From contig CM060732.1 of the NCBI GenBank assembly GCA_030704615.1, forward strand, positions 12,710,001 through 12,774,000: DNA of 64,000 bases, given 5' to 3'. This document shows, piece by piece, positions 22,607 through 33,150 of this stretch (the first letter of the stretch is position 1; every line of letters begins with the position of its first letter). The translations under genes were made by a program, and so were the position numbers. The notes under the pieces were generated by a model that was not told where the DNA came from, searched no databases, and worked only from the letters and a program-made list of their open reading frames with translations. The DNA is from Takakia lepidozioides. Its lineage: Eukaryota; Plantae; Bryophyta.

Positions 22607-25579
22607 CTATCCAATGCAATGTGGACATAACCAATCCCCATCCGGAACCATCTCAAGAGGTGGAGTCAAGCATCCCATATGCCAACCTCTAGAGCATCGA
22701 TCGCACACCAGCATGGTGGCTGCCCCTTTAGCAGACCCACACAACATGCACCTCAAACCTGCAGATACCACTACCAGGTTTGGGTCAATCCTGCCATCAA
22801 CATTCGGAAGGTGACATGGTGCACAATTACGCACATGGTCCTTCCAAGTTATGCCATCCCGACCCTCCAAGACCAAGACGCCTGAGGGCAAGACCTCTCG
22901 AACCCTCAAAATAACACGTCCTGCAGTCACATCCAGGGTCGTAGGAGCAGTCTGCTGCAGATAGACATAGTCACCAGGGTTGAATCTCCGAACCCCAGGA
23001 CGATAGCCCCCACCACGTATGGTAGCAAACCTCAACGTATCACGGTGTTGTGCAATGGCAAGGTTCTCGAAAGCCATGGGCATGACTCTCTTGAACAACT
23101 CTGCACGCTGCTCACATGCACGTGCCCACACGTCCGGATCGTCAAGGTTAAGAACTGTAGCAGCTTCTCTGCGAATGGATGTAGGCAAATCCGGCTCTCG
23201 GCCAAAGAGAAGAAAGTATGGTGAGAAGGAGGCAAGTGATGCTTGCTTGCTGAACCTGTAGCCCATGGCTAACCAGGGTAACTGAAGGTCCCAATCTCCT
23301 AGGTGTCCCTTCTGCAAGCCATACTTGCGCAAACCCATCTTTACTGTCTGAACAACTCTCTCTGCCAAGCCATCGGCTTCAGGATGATCCCGAGAAGTGG
23401 TGCGGTGGTCTATCAAGGCCTTGTCACACAAAGCCTGAAACTCCCCCAAGAACTCTCTCCCTTGGTCCGTGAGTACCTCAGCTGGAGCACCGAATCGGCT
23501 AAGCACACAATCCAGGAATGCATACGCAGCTCCCTCACTAGCCTTATCAGGCAATGGAACCAATTCAATCCACTTGGAGAAGTGCTCCACCATCACCAAC
23601 ACGTACTTGTTGTGGCGCATGGTCAGTGGCAACGGCCCTGCGAAGTCAAGACTCCACCTGTAGCCCAATCCCATGATCGGAAGAGGGTGCAATTGTGGAG
23701 TAGGGGCGTTGAATGAAGCACGCACCCTGTCACACACCATGCACCTAGCCACAAATTGTTGCACCTCTGTGTGCATACCACGCCACCAATACTGCCCCTG
23801 CAGTAGACTATGAGTGCGTCGCACCCCAAAATGCCCCAACTCCTCATGGGCATGCCGCACTAACCGTGCCCGCTGTGTTGGGTGAGGCACAATCCTCACT
23901 CGACCATCCTCCCACACTCGGAGCAGGTGTGTCTCCTCCCACCTGAACCTCTTGGCTTGTTGTAGGATCCGATCCCTCTCCTTGGCAGTCATAGTGGCTA
24001 CCGTGTCTCCACTGCGGAGGTAGTCCAACACAACTGAATCCTCATGTATATCTTTGGCGCCACCCTGCTCATTGCTGGCCTCAGGGTCCTCAGACACTTG
24101 ATCTACAGTCATCCCTGTTGTAGGTCCAACCTGGCCTTCCGCTGCCAAGATACACAGAAATGCAGATGCATGCCATCCGGGCACCATCTCCTCGTCTGTC
24201 TCACCATGCCACCGAGCTCCAGTGTCATCCTGCTGGCTCGTGCATGGATTGCGACTCAACCCATCTGCATTTTGATTGACCAAACCCGGTCGATGCACCA
24301 CCTGAAAGTCATACTCTTGAAGGATGAGTGCCCACCGTGCAAGCTTCCCCGTAAGCTTGTCTGACTCCATCAACCACTTGAGTGGTTGGTGATCCGTGAC
24401 AAAGGTGAAGAGATTGCCGTATAGATAGCACCTGAAGTGTGCCACGGCCCACACTGCAGCTAAGCATTCTCCCTCATATGAGCTATACTTAGACTCTGCA
24501 GCATTGTTCGAGCGGCTAGCATAAGCCACTACGAACTCTCTTCCCTCATCATCCACCTGTGTGAGCACCGCTCCAAGCCCCAGCATGCTCCAATCTGTAT
24601 GCAGCTGAAAAGGACGCCCCCTGATAGGTCGTCTCAAGATGGGCGCCGAGGTCAACCTCGCCTTGAGCTCTTGAAAAACTTGTTCTTGCTCATCTTCCCA
24701 CTGCCACTCCTGGTCCACCTTGGTCAGCTTGGTTAGAGCCTTTGCAATGGCACTAAATCCCTTAACAAACCGTCTGTAATAGTTTGCTAACCCCATGAAA
24801 GCTCGAACTCGGCTCACATCCGTGGGGCGTGGAACCTGTGCAATGGACTCTACCTTAGTCTGCTGTACCCCCAATCCTCCAGGATATATCATGTGACCCA
24901 GATACTCAATCTGGTTGTGGAAAAACTTGCACTTGCCCGGATGTAACTTCAATCCGTGCGTCCTCAAGCGCTCAAATACCCCTTGAAGGTGTCTCTCATG
25001 CTCCTCCACTGTAGCACTAAAGATGATGATGTCATCTATGTAGCACCGAGCAAACTCCACCCCTGCTAGAATCCTGTCCATGACTCTTTGAAACTCAGCG
25101 GGAGCGTTTTTAAGCCCAAATAAAAACCGCCACTGGTATAGGCAATCCTTCCCGTGCTCATTGATCCCCCAGAATGCCGTCTTTTGCTTATCCGCCTCCT
25201 TGATCGGCAACTGGTGATATCCGGATCGTAAATCCAACGTGCTAAAGACCTTGGAATGCCCAATGGCATCAAAGATCTCCTCTGGTGTTGGCATGGCATA
25301 CCTATCGGACTTGGTCTGACGATTTACAGGCCGGTAATCACCGCACATACGTCTCTCCGTCCAATTGCCATATACATCCTTCTTAGCTGGCATCACTGTG
25401 GCTGAAGCATACTCTCCACCAGAGAGCTCCATCAAACCTGCCTCCCAGAGATCTTGAGTCCTCATCTGAATCAAAGACCTCTCCATGTCACTGTATCTAT
25501 AGGGTCTCCGAAAGATTGGCGTGTCAGTGGCCAACTCAATACGGATCTCTTGACCCTTCAGTGCTCCCAAGTCCTTCAA
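22607..25579 (-). CDS. Ty3/Gypsy pol: RT-RNase H-integrase-PHD finger (990-aa open frame)
   Basis: RRMCGDYRPVN, LDLRSGYHQ, CYIDDII (RT); LHTDWS..EGECLA..TDHQPL (RH); HEELGH..CMVC, SLDFAGP, TDQGREF, GLAERVVQ (IN); C-terminal C4HC3 PHD CMLC..CDRC..HMGC..WLCPHC. Confidence 0.95.
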   Translation of the reverse strand: MKDLGALKGQEIRIELATDTPIFRRPYRYSDMERSLIQMRTQDLWEAGLMELSGGEYASATVMPAKKDVYGNWTERRMCGDYRPVNRQTKSDRYAMPTPEEIFDAIGHSKVFSTLDLRSGYHQLPIKEADKQKTAFWGINEHGKDCLYQWRFLFGLKNAPAEFQRVMDRILAGVEFARCYIDDIIIFSATVEEHERHLQGVFERLRTHGLKLHPGKCKFFHNQIEYLGHMIYPGGLGVQQTKVESIAQVPRPTDVSRVRAFMGLANYYRRFVKGFSAIAKALTKLTKVDQEWQWEDEQEQVFQELKARLTSAPILRRPIRGRPFQLHTDWSMLGLGAVLTQVDDEGREFVVAYASRSNNAAESKYSSYEGECLAAVWAVAHFRCYLYGNLFTFVTDHQPLKWLMESDKLTGKLARWALILQEYDFQVVHRPGLVNQNADGLSRNPCTSQQDDTGARWHGETDEEMVPGWHASAFLCILAAEGQVGPTTGMTVDQVSEDPEASNEQGGAKDIHEDSVVLDYLRSGDTVATMTAKERDRILQQAKRFRWEETHLLRVWEDGRVRIVPHPTQRARLVRHAHEELGHFGVRRTHSLLQGQYWWRGMHTEVQQFVARCMVCDRVRASFNAPTPQLHPLPIMGLGYRWSLDFAGPLPLTMRHNKYVLVMVEHFSKWIELVPLPDKASEGAAYAFLDCVLSRFGAPAEVLTDQGREFLGEFQALCDKALIDHRTTSRDHPEADGLAERVVQTVKMGLRKYGLQKGHLGDWDLQLPWLAMGYRFSKQASLASFSPYFLLFGREPDLPTSIRREAATVLNLDDPDVWARACEQRAELFKRVMPMAFENLAIAQHRDTLRFATIRGGGYRPGVRRFNPGDYVYLQQTAPTTLDVTAGRVILRVREVLPSGVLVLEGRDGITWKDHVRNCAPCHLPNVDGRIDPNLVVVSAGLRCMLCGSAKGAATMLVCDRCSRGWHMGCLTPPLEMVPDGDWLCPHCIG

Positions 25580-25753
25580 ACTGAAGGCAAAGCAATTCCT
25601 GTAAGCCCTCAGGAACCGCCGTATACGTCGTCTCTCTCCTCCGGTGACAATGGGTCCAATGTCAGGCTCCCAATTGTCCTCCGTAACTGCAACCTTAAGT
25701 CCAGTGGGCTTAGAGGTAGAGGACGCGTCCCGTGGTTGCTACGCTGCAACCTC

Positions 25754-26190
25754 TTAAGCAGTACCCCCTTCCTGCTCAGTCAATGACAAGGCCTCATCCT
25801 GCCCCATCATCTCATCATTGAGAACCTCCTCATCCCGAGAAGAATCCCCAACCTCATCCATCACAGCTGCCTTCGCTGCCAACTCCCTCTGAACCTCGAG
25901 CACCTCCCACGTGTGCCATGGATGTCTACACCTCGTGGTCCTCACCGGCTCGCCCCCACTCGCTGCCTGTACCGTCTCGGTAGGCAGAGAGACCGTCAAG
26001 GGAAGTGCACTCCGCACTCTACGTTGCTCAGCCATAGCCAAGCTGACAATCCAGGTCAAGCAATTGAGATCCATTGCTTGCCCCAACACCTGACGACGTG
26101 ATGCCTCAGAAAGAGAAGGCACCGCCGTGGTCCCAGTGGAAAACCCCATAGCCCGCTCTCGCTCGTCGGCATTAGGCTCCACTAACTGCT
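25754..26190 (-). pseudogene. C-terminal part of retrotransposon DNMT3-like methyltransferase (motifs IX-X) + linker to RT
   Basis: LVEPNADERERAMGF..RRQVLGQAM resembles DNMT3 ELERIFGF..RQRLLGRSW. In frame with pol (25756-25579=177) across two stops, TAA and TAG. Confidence 0.85.
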
Positions 26191-26947
26191 GTGGGTATGC
26201 TTCTACATTGAACATGATCGCTACCTGAATTGAGATAGTGCCTTGCCCTATCGGAGTATGCAGACCTATGCTCCAAGCTTCAACTAAATGACGAAGCTGA
26301 TCTGGTTACTCTCTACTCTGTGGATAGTCCAACACAGTTGCCTTTGTCAATAAGCTCCTTCACCACTTCCACATTTGACACTAGGTCCGAAGATTGTCTG
26401 AAGAGAGAGCAAGTGCAGATGGCAGCTGCCCACCAGGTTCTGACAGAGTATCATTAGGGCTTGTCCCTGCATTAGGGATGGCTCGAGTGCTTGCATCACG
26501 GGAAACAGATGCCTGACGCTGCACAGGCCATCGCCATCGCCACAACCATACACCCGAGCTCGAGAGTCGTCGCTGGAGCAAAGCAGCTCACTAAGAGAGC
26601 GAGCCTGTGGTGCACCCGTAACCACAAATGAAACCTGGGAACGGTTCTTAATGGCGGGAACGTTTTGGTGTTAAAAAAAAAAAAAAAAAAAAACTTTGAT
26701 CTAATTTAAATGATAAAGAGCCTGGTTGGTCATATCTTTGTCAAATGAGCTCCGTTTGACTCAGTTTTTGAGGGGATAGCTGCAGAAAGGGGAAATCTAC
26801 CTATCTAGACCTCGTTTCTGTTTTTGGGACTCTGCTAAAAATCTATGGAATTTTTAGAGTGTGAGTGTGCCATGAAAGATCCACAATCCTGTTTCTAGAA
26901 CCTGTGCTGGTCTATATTAGAGACAAATCTGTGGATATACTCCTTGT

Positions 26948-27697
26948 ATGGCTGGGGGAAATGAGGACGTCGTTGAAGGGCAGGTCTCTTCTCTTAGCCT
27001 GTGCACCAAATGGGACAAGATTTATGTTTCCCAAGGAACTCAGACTGATTTGAGTGGAGAACAGTTGGACGAGTTGATTGCATACTGGGAGTCAGGCATT
27101 AGCAGTAGACAACAGACTGCTGTAGTTGGCATTGAGGGCCTCAATATCGCCTTGGACAGTCAGAACTCTGTTGGAGCCAGCAGTTCTGCAGCTGTAGGTG
27201 AAATACCAAAGTGGGTGAAAGCTAGGCTTGGAACACAGGCAAAGACAGCCCCGGGGACCAAGGTGTTCAGCCACAAGGCCGTGGTGTACTGGAGCAGAGG
27301 AGCAGGAGCTACACAAGTTTGTGCAATCAGACATGGTTGCAGCCGGATACGCTCTGCACAAGGCAACCACGAGCGGGGGTTCATCAGCAATGACATGTTT
27401 GTTGTGCGTGAAGGAGATGCAGTCATTTGCAATGAGGACACCCGCAACCGTCTTAAAGCTTTCGAGTTGAGAGACTATCAGACCCTACCTTTGTTTTCTT
27501 TACTGTTCAGTGAGCGGGAGATAGCAGAGTATTGCTTTGTCTCTACCTGGCAGAAAGAGGAGGAGGGTTGGTTAGAGCGAGCTACTGTAGCTTGGGACAA
27601 GGTTAGTGGCAGGTTTCTGGACATAGATATACCTCCTACACCTTACCATCAAGCAGAGCGAGGCACTTTGAGAGAAGTCTGGAAGTTGATAGCATAG
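26948..27697 (+). CDS. hypothetical 249-aa protein, extra ORF upstream of gag in the DNMT-Gypsy element
   Basis: Uninterrupted ATG-to-stop ORF on the gag strand, about 520 bp upstream of gag. No motif recognised. Confidence 0.5.
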   Translation: MAGGNEDVVEGQVSSLSLCTKWDKIYVSQGTQTDLSGEQLDELIAYWESGISSRQQTAVVGIEGLNIALDSQNSVGASSSAAVGEIPKWVKARLGTQAKTAPGTKVFSHKAVVYWSRGAGATQVCAIRHGCSRIRSAQGNHERGFISNDMFVVREGDAVICNEDTRNRLKAFELRDYQTLPLFSLLFSEREIAEYCFVSTWQKEEEGWLERATVAWDKVSGRFLDIDIPPTPYHQAERGTLREVWKLIA

Positions 27698-28216
27698 ATC
27701 AGGATTAGATCTTGCTTGGGCGGGCTTCTATTCTTCCCCTCCATCTCTGTACTATTTTCATTACCTTGTACTCGTAGTTGCCAAAGCCTCTCTTGGTGGA
27801 GGCCAGTCAGTCCGGGGTTTTGGGCTGGGATATTCTGCAGGATCAGCGTTGCTGCTGGATTTTGGTGTGGGGGTGTTGATGCTTTGATTTCTTGTGTTTG
27901 GATCCCCCCCAACACCTGCATGCTTGACTGTGCGCCATGTTGGTTTTGTGTAGGCGCTTGCTTTCATAGGGATTAGGCCGGATTTGATCACCGGTCAATC
28001 CTAGAGTATGCTGTCGGTGGTGAGGCTGGAGTGATGACCAGCAAGACCACCAGTGTTTCTTCTATGGTGAGGCTGGGTTGATGACCAGCCAACCATAGGA
28101 GTTCTTGCGGTGGATGCAGGTGCAGGTGCCCTGAGCCATTGGGATATGACCCTTAGACTGCAACAGGTGCCCACCCGTGTCACTATTAGATTAGTACTAG
28201 AGCCTTATAGTGTCAC

Positions 28217-30129
28217 GTGGAGGAGGTGCACATTGTGAGTGTCATTACGGAGTTATCCAAGGGTTTTGAGGGGAGTACGGCTACAAGCAGTAACAGTGAG
28301 AGTGGGTTCACAAGACGAGGTAGTCGGTTCAGACCACCTTCACCGCCACCCTCAACTACTATAGAGTCAGACACAGACTCGGAGGCTTCATCAACAAGTG
28401 TGCACTTTCATTCGCCATTGTTGTGGGACGACATGGAGGAGATGTATGGAGCTACCAAGGGGCCTCGTAGGTACTCTGGAGCTGTGGGCACAATCGAGTT
28501 GGATGACTTTATCCAGGAGTTCGACAACTGGTGTGATTTGCAGCAGATGCGCAATCCACAGCTATTCACCCTATTCATGGCGTGGAAGGGACTGTTCCAG
28601 CATTTGGAAGGCCGACGATTACCACGAGTTCAGGCGAGGACATGAAGCAGAGATTGAGGAGTGGAGGATGTATTGGTCACCTGACTACGTCTCCATTACT
28701 CGAGACGCGACCAGTAGCTGCATCAGTACCAATAGCTCCCACTGCCAGCACTAGTAGTGGAGCAAGTAGTGCTGGTGCTTCTGCAGGTGGTACCAGTTCA
28801 AAAGGTGCTACTACTCCTCCTGCTACGACTACAACACATGTGCCTAGATTCAACCCGGTGGTGGAGTTCTTCCAGGAGTTGCGGAGGAACTACCAAGGCG
28901 TACGGACAGAGAAGCTGCGAAGTTTGCAAGATTTCCAGCGCAAACCCAGTGAGAGCCTGCGAGAGGCGTACACTCGTATGAGACGCTTGATAAGTGTGAC
29001 CCAAGGGGTTACTGAAGCTCAGGCAATCCAGTTTTGGTATGGAATTCTGGACAAGGAGCTCAAAAGAAGGGTGCGAGATGCAACCCTGTTACAAGCAGCC
29101 CAACCCACATTAGCAGATGTGTTTCTGCTGGCTGAGCGGATTGAGCTCAACATGGTGGAGGAGCGAGTTGTTACAATTGGATTTGGCAAGGACATGCCTG
29201 CACGGGGCACAGCTGTCAGCCCACAGGCACAAGGGACTGCCCAACAGTGTGGTCAGGGGGGCAAGGCTGCCCAGCCCAAGTTCCATGGAGCTTACAGGGG
29301 ACCTCAGGTGCAGAGGCCCGTGGCGTCTTTTGCAGGCCAACAGCAACCAGGGGTGATATGTTGGACATGTGGAGGACCCCATGTCAAGAGAGATTGCCCA
29401 GAGAGTGGCAAAAGGCCGGCACAAGCACAGCCTGCACGGTTGCAATGTGGGCATTGTGGCAAGTATGGGCATGGAGATGCCCAGTGTTATGACTTGCATC
29501 CTGAGTTGCGCCCAGGCCAGTTCCAAGGGAACAATGGTGGCCGGGGGCGAGGTGGACCAGCCCAAAGAGGACGAGGTGGTCGGGCACGAGGTGCAGGCCA
29601 AGGGCAAGCTCCACATGGCCAAGGACGCGGAGGTCAGGGTGTTGACCATGGCATGGCCAATCGGCTTCAGCAGCTAGAACAGAGGCTCGCTGCCATGGCT
29701 ATAGCTCAGGCGGTACCGGCTCCCAGGCGGGATGGTCCACCTCCTGCTCCTGAGGGAGGAGATATGGGAGGCATGGGATTCATGTGCGGAGCAGCACTAC
29801 CACTAGAGCAGGTGGAGTCTGCTGCAGCCGTGACTCGAGGAGCAGCACGAGTTCCTGAGCCACGAGGTGCAGAGGTGGAGTTGGATCCACAACGTGGGGA
29901 GGCAAGCCGTCAGGCAAGGCTGCCTCAGTCATTCACCTTGGCGGAGACAGTGTCAACGCCATCCATGGCACCTAGTTCTCGCCCGACTGTTACCGAGGCG
30001 GGGGTTACTATGCCATTGGGGAGAGCTACACGTGCAGCACTGACACCTGCTATCAAGGCTAGTGCAGCCGATGTGTTATTGGGGCAGCCACCTCTGTGTG
30101 TCAAGCCCCACTGTTCTCGGCAACCATGA
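28217..30129 (+). pseudogene. Gypsy gag with two zinc knuckles (inverted segment)
   Basis: RYSGAVGTIELDDFIQEFDNWC..FQRKPSESLREAYTRM..FWYGILD (capsid); CWTCGGPHVKRDC and CGHCGKYGHGDAQC; RGG-rich tract. Frameshifts near 28610-28710. Confidence 0.88.
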
Positions 30130-31936
30130 TTGCGACGCCGGGGGTGAGACCAGCTGCAGTGTTCAGACTAGCAGCAACTCTCTGTGAGAGTGGGGAGGTC
30201 ACTTCATCTTCTGCGGAGTTAGTGGAAGGTATAGTGGCAGAGGGATCCTCGGATTTGAGGGTCAAGACTGCCACGGCTGCGCCATGGCAAGTTGCAGCTG
30301 CCAGGTTGACGGAGCTACCAGCTAGGCCAGCCATTGAGCGCGCCATGGTGACACCTGGAGTTGTCTTGTTAGACAACCAGGGAGGCATTTTCACTTTGAG
30401 TGGACCGGCAGGCAAGAAGTACCGGCCACTGCGGGTCTTGTTGGACTCAGGAGCTCAGCCACTGATGTTGGGCAGAGCTGCTATTGCAGGTTTGGGCCTC
30501 ATGGACGCGGATATGGAGCCTTGTCCTTTCCAGATACAGACATCTCTGGGAGGATCAGAGCAGGCTCGCGGCATGACACGACATCAGTTGGCTATTAGAC
30601 TGCAGCCGGATCATCCTGTAGATGGCTCAGTGATGCGAGCCAAGGCCATTGTGACAGACGCGGTCTCTTACGATGTCCTTGTTGGTGGGGCAGTGTTATA
30701 CCCCATGGGCTTCACCCTGGATTTCTGGGAGGAGTCAGCATCCTACAGGCCTGGATGGCAGTCAGGGGATGGTCGCCGTGCACAGCTCCCTGTGACATTC
30801 ATTGGGGGTATTGCAGCTGCCCAGCGGGGCAAGATGCCAACACTAGCCGCCTTCACAGCTGCAGTTAGTTGGCCTGGAGAGTTGCTGGAAGGCAATGCCC
30901 ATGCAGAGGATGTGCCACCTCCAGCAGAGCAGGATGACATGCATGGTACGGCGGAGTTGCCTGCCATGGTTGCTCACACTCCGTTGTGGGGTACGAGCAA
31001 GGATTTGCAGCAAGCTGCTGATGGACGGGTGCAACAAGCTTGGGTAGAAGCTTTTGTACCGTCAGGAGAGGAGGAGAGTGCGGTGATTGCACCAGGGCCA
31101 CCTCAGTTGTCGCCATTGGACACCACACCTCTTGTGTGGCAGCGGCCGGATGAAGGCATTTGCCTTCTGGACTTGTTTGGCGGGATCAGCACCGGATTGG
31201 CTGCTGTGCTACAGGCAGGTGTGCGGGTAAGGCGTTACCTGTATGTGGAGAGGGATGAGACTGCACGACGCGTCTCACTGCGCCATGTGGCTCAGTTGGT
31301 ACAACAGTACCCTGACTTGTTGCCTGTGTCTGCAGTTCGTGGATACCAACAAGCCTTGCCAGCAGACATTTCCTTGTTGGGGGCGCAAGATTTGGAGCAG
31401 GTTGGCTCCATTGATCTGATAGTGGCAGGTTGGCCCTGCCAAGGGCATTCATCAGCCGGGCATGGCAATGGATTGCGAGACTCGAGGACGGGTCTGTTTT
31501 GGGAGATGGTGCGGATTTTGCGCTGCTTGCAGCTTCATCAAGCTGTATCTCCAGCATACATCTTGGAGAATGTACCACTGATGGGTGATTCTCGGGCCAG
31601 GGTGATGGCCAGTGTGCATCAAGTCCGGTCGTGGCTTGGGTCAGCAGTATTGCTGGATGCAGCTGCAGTGGGGTCACGGGCTCATCGTCCACGACTATGG
31701 TGGACTAACTTGATCCCACCCGCACTGCTCAAGCGTGCATTTGATGGGGTGCAGCGGCCAGCACACCTCACCGTGGATGGCATTTTGGACACAGGAAGGC
31801 AGTCTCAACGTGTGAGACACGATGACCGTTCGCCTTTGGCAGTGGTCAACAGGGTGGGTCAACCATGAGCAGCATTACCTACACTGCTCAGCTTCCCAGG
31901 ATCCCATGCTTTTCGGGATGGTGGACCTGGCCTCCT
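30096..31936 (+). CDS. aspartic protease + C5 DNA methyltransferase (DNMT3-like, motifs I-VIII)
   Basis: RVLLDSGAQ..YDVLVG (retropepsin); LDLFGG (I), YVERD (II), AGWPCQ (IV, catalytic Cys), ILENV (VI), AHRPRLWWTN (VIII). TGA at 31866, then AALPTLLSFPGSHAFRDGGPGL up to the inversion breakpoint. Confidence 0.92.
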
Positions 31937-32284
31937 AGCTGATCCACCGCAACATCCCCGTTGGACTTGTCTGCAATGTTCCCTGCAGCTTTGCAAGCTC
32001 GTGTACCGAGTGTCTGGCCAAGTTGGGCAGCAACAGCATTCAGACTGGCCACAAACTTCAAGGTTGGATAACCACTCACTCCATATCTCGGTCACAGGTC
32101 TCCTCTGTCTTTGAGCTATGTTTGGTGGACTTGCTGGAGGGAAAGGTTGCTGGTCATTCCAACTGACACCAAGCATTTCAGTTCAGCCTTCTACCCGGCC
32201 GGCGCTACCACTGCCGTTGCTGTCCTACCAGCCAATGTCCCCGACCCCGTGCTTGCGACCCTACGCCACCACGCTACCTCCCTG

Positions 32285-32476
32285 CAGCTCCAACACATGG
32301 TTAGAATCCTAGTTCTTCACATACGCCGCCATCCTCCGAATTCAGATGAATACCAGCATACTGGCTCGCCCATTGCACATATTGCGTCTTCCACCGAAGA
32401 TAGAATAATTATTGGTGAAGGTGAGTATCAATCGTTTTCCCTGTCTCTTGGCTTCAGCTACCACAAAGCCGAGTGC
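32285..32476 (-). pseudogene. captured fragments of a GH5 endo-beta-1,4-mannanase gene
   Basis: The minus strand reads ALGFVVAEAKRQGKRLILTFTNNYSIFGG/KTQYVQWASQYAGIHLNSED and then MAAYVKN*DSNHVLE. This matches plant MAN motifs LDFV..EA...G.RLIL...NN...FGGK.QYV.W and MAAYVK..D.NH.LE. Confidence 0.75.
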
Positions 32477-32562
32477 ATCCCTTCCATTTCACCATGTCTG
32501 CTATAGCGTGGAGCGAGAGTTTGAGCGTGGAGCTTGTAGAGCGGGAAAGCTTGAGCTGTTGT

Positions 32563-33150
32563 GAGGGATTCGTGGGCACCCTTCTATCAGGCACGACCCT
32601 ATCTTGGTTTGCACCGCTATTAGAGAAAAATTCGCATTTATTATACAATTTTGAAGCGTTCATGTCCGAGTTCACTACAACGTTTGGAGAGAATGATAGT
32701 GTCGTGCGCATACATATCGCTACACAACTACATCGCTGTCCAAACCACACCACACATATATGCACAATAAAGTAGTCTGCCACAATCGCCCCCGATAAAC
32801 AAGCTAAAAAAAGGACACACACTCCCAACACAAGAAATATAAAATCCATCGCTATCACTCATTGAAACTGAAGTCAAGCCAGGGGCACCCCAAGCTATGG
32901 GGACTCCACCCCACAACAACCTGTACCCCTACATAAGCACACTCAAACCTAAACACATGCAGGAGCTCGGTCGCGCAGGCTCAACTCGAGAAAGATGAGC
33001 CGCGCGACTGCCGCTCTCGTGAAGATAAGACGGACCAGGTGTCAAACTAAACTTGACACCTGATGTAACACTTGACCTAAATCCAAGTGTTAAATACAAA
33101 TAACTAGTTCTATTCTAGCTGTTTTCACACTGTGCTTATTTAACTTGACA
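32563..33150. repeat. 588-bp direct duplicate of 21672-22259 (137 bp of chromovirus gag + full LTR)
   Basis: Constant offset of 10,891 bp at the start, the LTR edge and the end. Only about 3 substitutions seen. Confidence 0.95.

Noticed and set aside
22506-25786. Numerous short + strand ORFs opposite pol (and similar shadow ORFs elsewhere)
   Set aside because: They are antisense or alternate-frame by-products of GC-rich coding sequence with no recognisable motifs.
30096-31936. Bacterial contamination or a host DNMT3/DRM gene
   Set aside because: The MTase is in frame with a retropepsin upstream and RT downstream, has no introns or host regulatory domains, and has unpermuted motif order (unlike DRM).
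21809-33150. DIRS/Ngaro element with split direct repeats
   Set aside because: It encodes a protease and DDE integrase, no tyrosine recombinase was seen, and the repeats have TG...CA ends with a TSD.
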